Assembly (NCBI GenBank): GCA_013239625.1
Contig: MU053652.1
Coordinates: 806,001 to 870,000 of the forward strand
Length of the DNA stretch: 64,000 bases
Direction of reading: 5' to 3'
DNA from: Lama guanicoe
Taxonomy: Eukaryota
Shown here: piece by piece, positions 62,903 through 64,000 of the stretch
Layout: each line of letters begins with the position of its first letter
Numbering within the stretch: position 1 is the stretch's first letter
The notes under the pieces: model-generated
Told to the model about the DNA's origin: nothing
Database searches by the model: none
Seen by the model: the letters and a program-made list of their open reading frames with translations, nothing else
Made by a program: the position numbers and the translations under genes

Positions 62903-64000
62903 CTAGCCTAAGGTCTTATAATTATAGAGTAATAGGCCAGGATTTCAACACAGGTTTAACTGATGCCAAAGTCTGTTCTCTTTCCCATGACACTCTACTC
63001 TCCCTAAAAGTATAAAAACTATCAATGAGAATGATTACGGGTGGCAGTAAATGGACTTTATTTATTTCATTTTCTGTTCTTTTCAATAAAGATTTCACTG
63101 GGAAAGCATAAAGCATGTTAAGCGACTGGTCAATTTTTTTTATTCATTTATGCAGCCATTGGAGTATTATTCCGCATGCTGATGAAGTAATACAGTGAGA
63201 CAAATACTATCTCTGCTAACGCATCCCCCAAACTGCACAAGAGTCAGGAGGATACTGAATTGAGTTTCCACTTTAGTCAACTCCAGTGAGGGACTCAATT
63301 ATTTTGTACGTTTGGCACCAACACTAACAAAGTTGGCAGGAATCTGTGATCAAAAGAAGGCCAGGGAGGAAAATAAAAGGCCAGTAAATCAGAAAAGAAC
63401 TTAAAATTTACATAACATAGAAAGATGTCTACAAATGCTCCGGTTTTACTCAAGGGTTGCTTATTACACCATTACGACAGAAGTAGGTTTCTACCAAAGC
63501 ATGAAGATGCGCTAAAGCAAGTAATCCTTTGGGGATAATTATTATCCTGGAATTTAAGGACTGTCCTCATACAATAAAACATTGACCGACCAAGGCCTAA
63601 CTAACCAGCGTCCTTTAAACCCAGCTGTCTTCAGAGCACTGTTCTTCCCCTCCTTCCCCCACAATCAAGTCCCCTTAATTATTAGCTCTCAGGATTACTA
63701 GTCTATCTTTATCCACCAGCTTCTCCCTTTCTATCTACATGTATGTACCTTCTCAACAAAAATCTTGCTTTGAGCCTTATATTCTATCATCTTATTTCTG
63801 TTTTATCTTTAGATTCTAAACTTCAAAAAGCAGCCTTCATGTATATCATTTCCCTTACCGTGACATGGCTTATTCCTCATTTCTCTCCCAAGCTCCAATC
63901 CCACATCTGTGACTGCATGCTTGACCTATTCACATATTTCACTGATAAAATCAACCCTAAATTCTGAAACCTAAATCATCTTCCCATAAAATCAGTAATC

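Overview
Mammalian genomic DNA, most likely a camelid (inferred from a Vic-1-type tRNA-derived SINE and camelid-type L1 3' ends). The window appears to lie entirely inside EXOC4 (exocyst Sec8) on the minus strand. Two coding exons are present: 61467-61322 (146 nt) and 56974-56886 (89 nt), probably exons 8 and 9. They splice in frame to [78 protein letters not shown](G). The remaining ~57 kb downstream is the start of a very long intron, filled with L1, L2, CR1/L3, MIR, MaLR/ERVL LTR and hAT-Charlie fossils. Apart from L1 ORF2 remnants (17259-17474 and the tail of 28859-29224), the supplied ORFs are spurious; the real exons are not in that track in their true frame. I see no convincing new multi-gene system. 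The most interesting items are: a candidate alternative last exon that stops immediately after exon 9 (truncated Sec8); an L1 with a swapped, older-type 3' tail enclosed by one TSD; a readable Charlie transposase fossil; a perfect palindrome at a SINE target site; and several enhancer-like unique segments. Repeat subfamily names come from visual recall of consensus sequences, and repeat boundaries are approximate.
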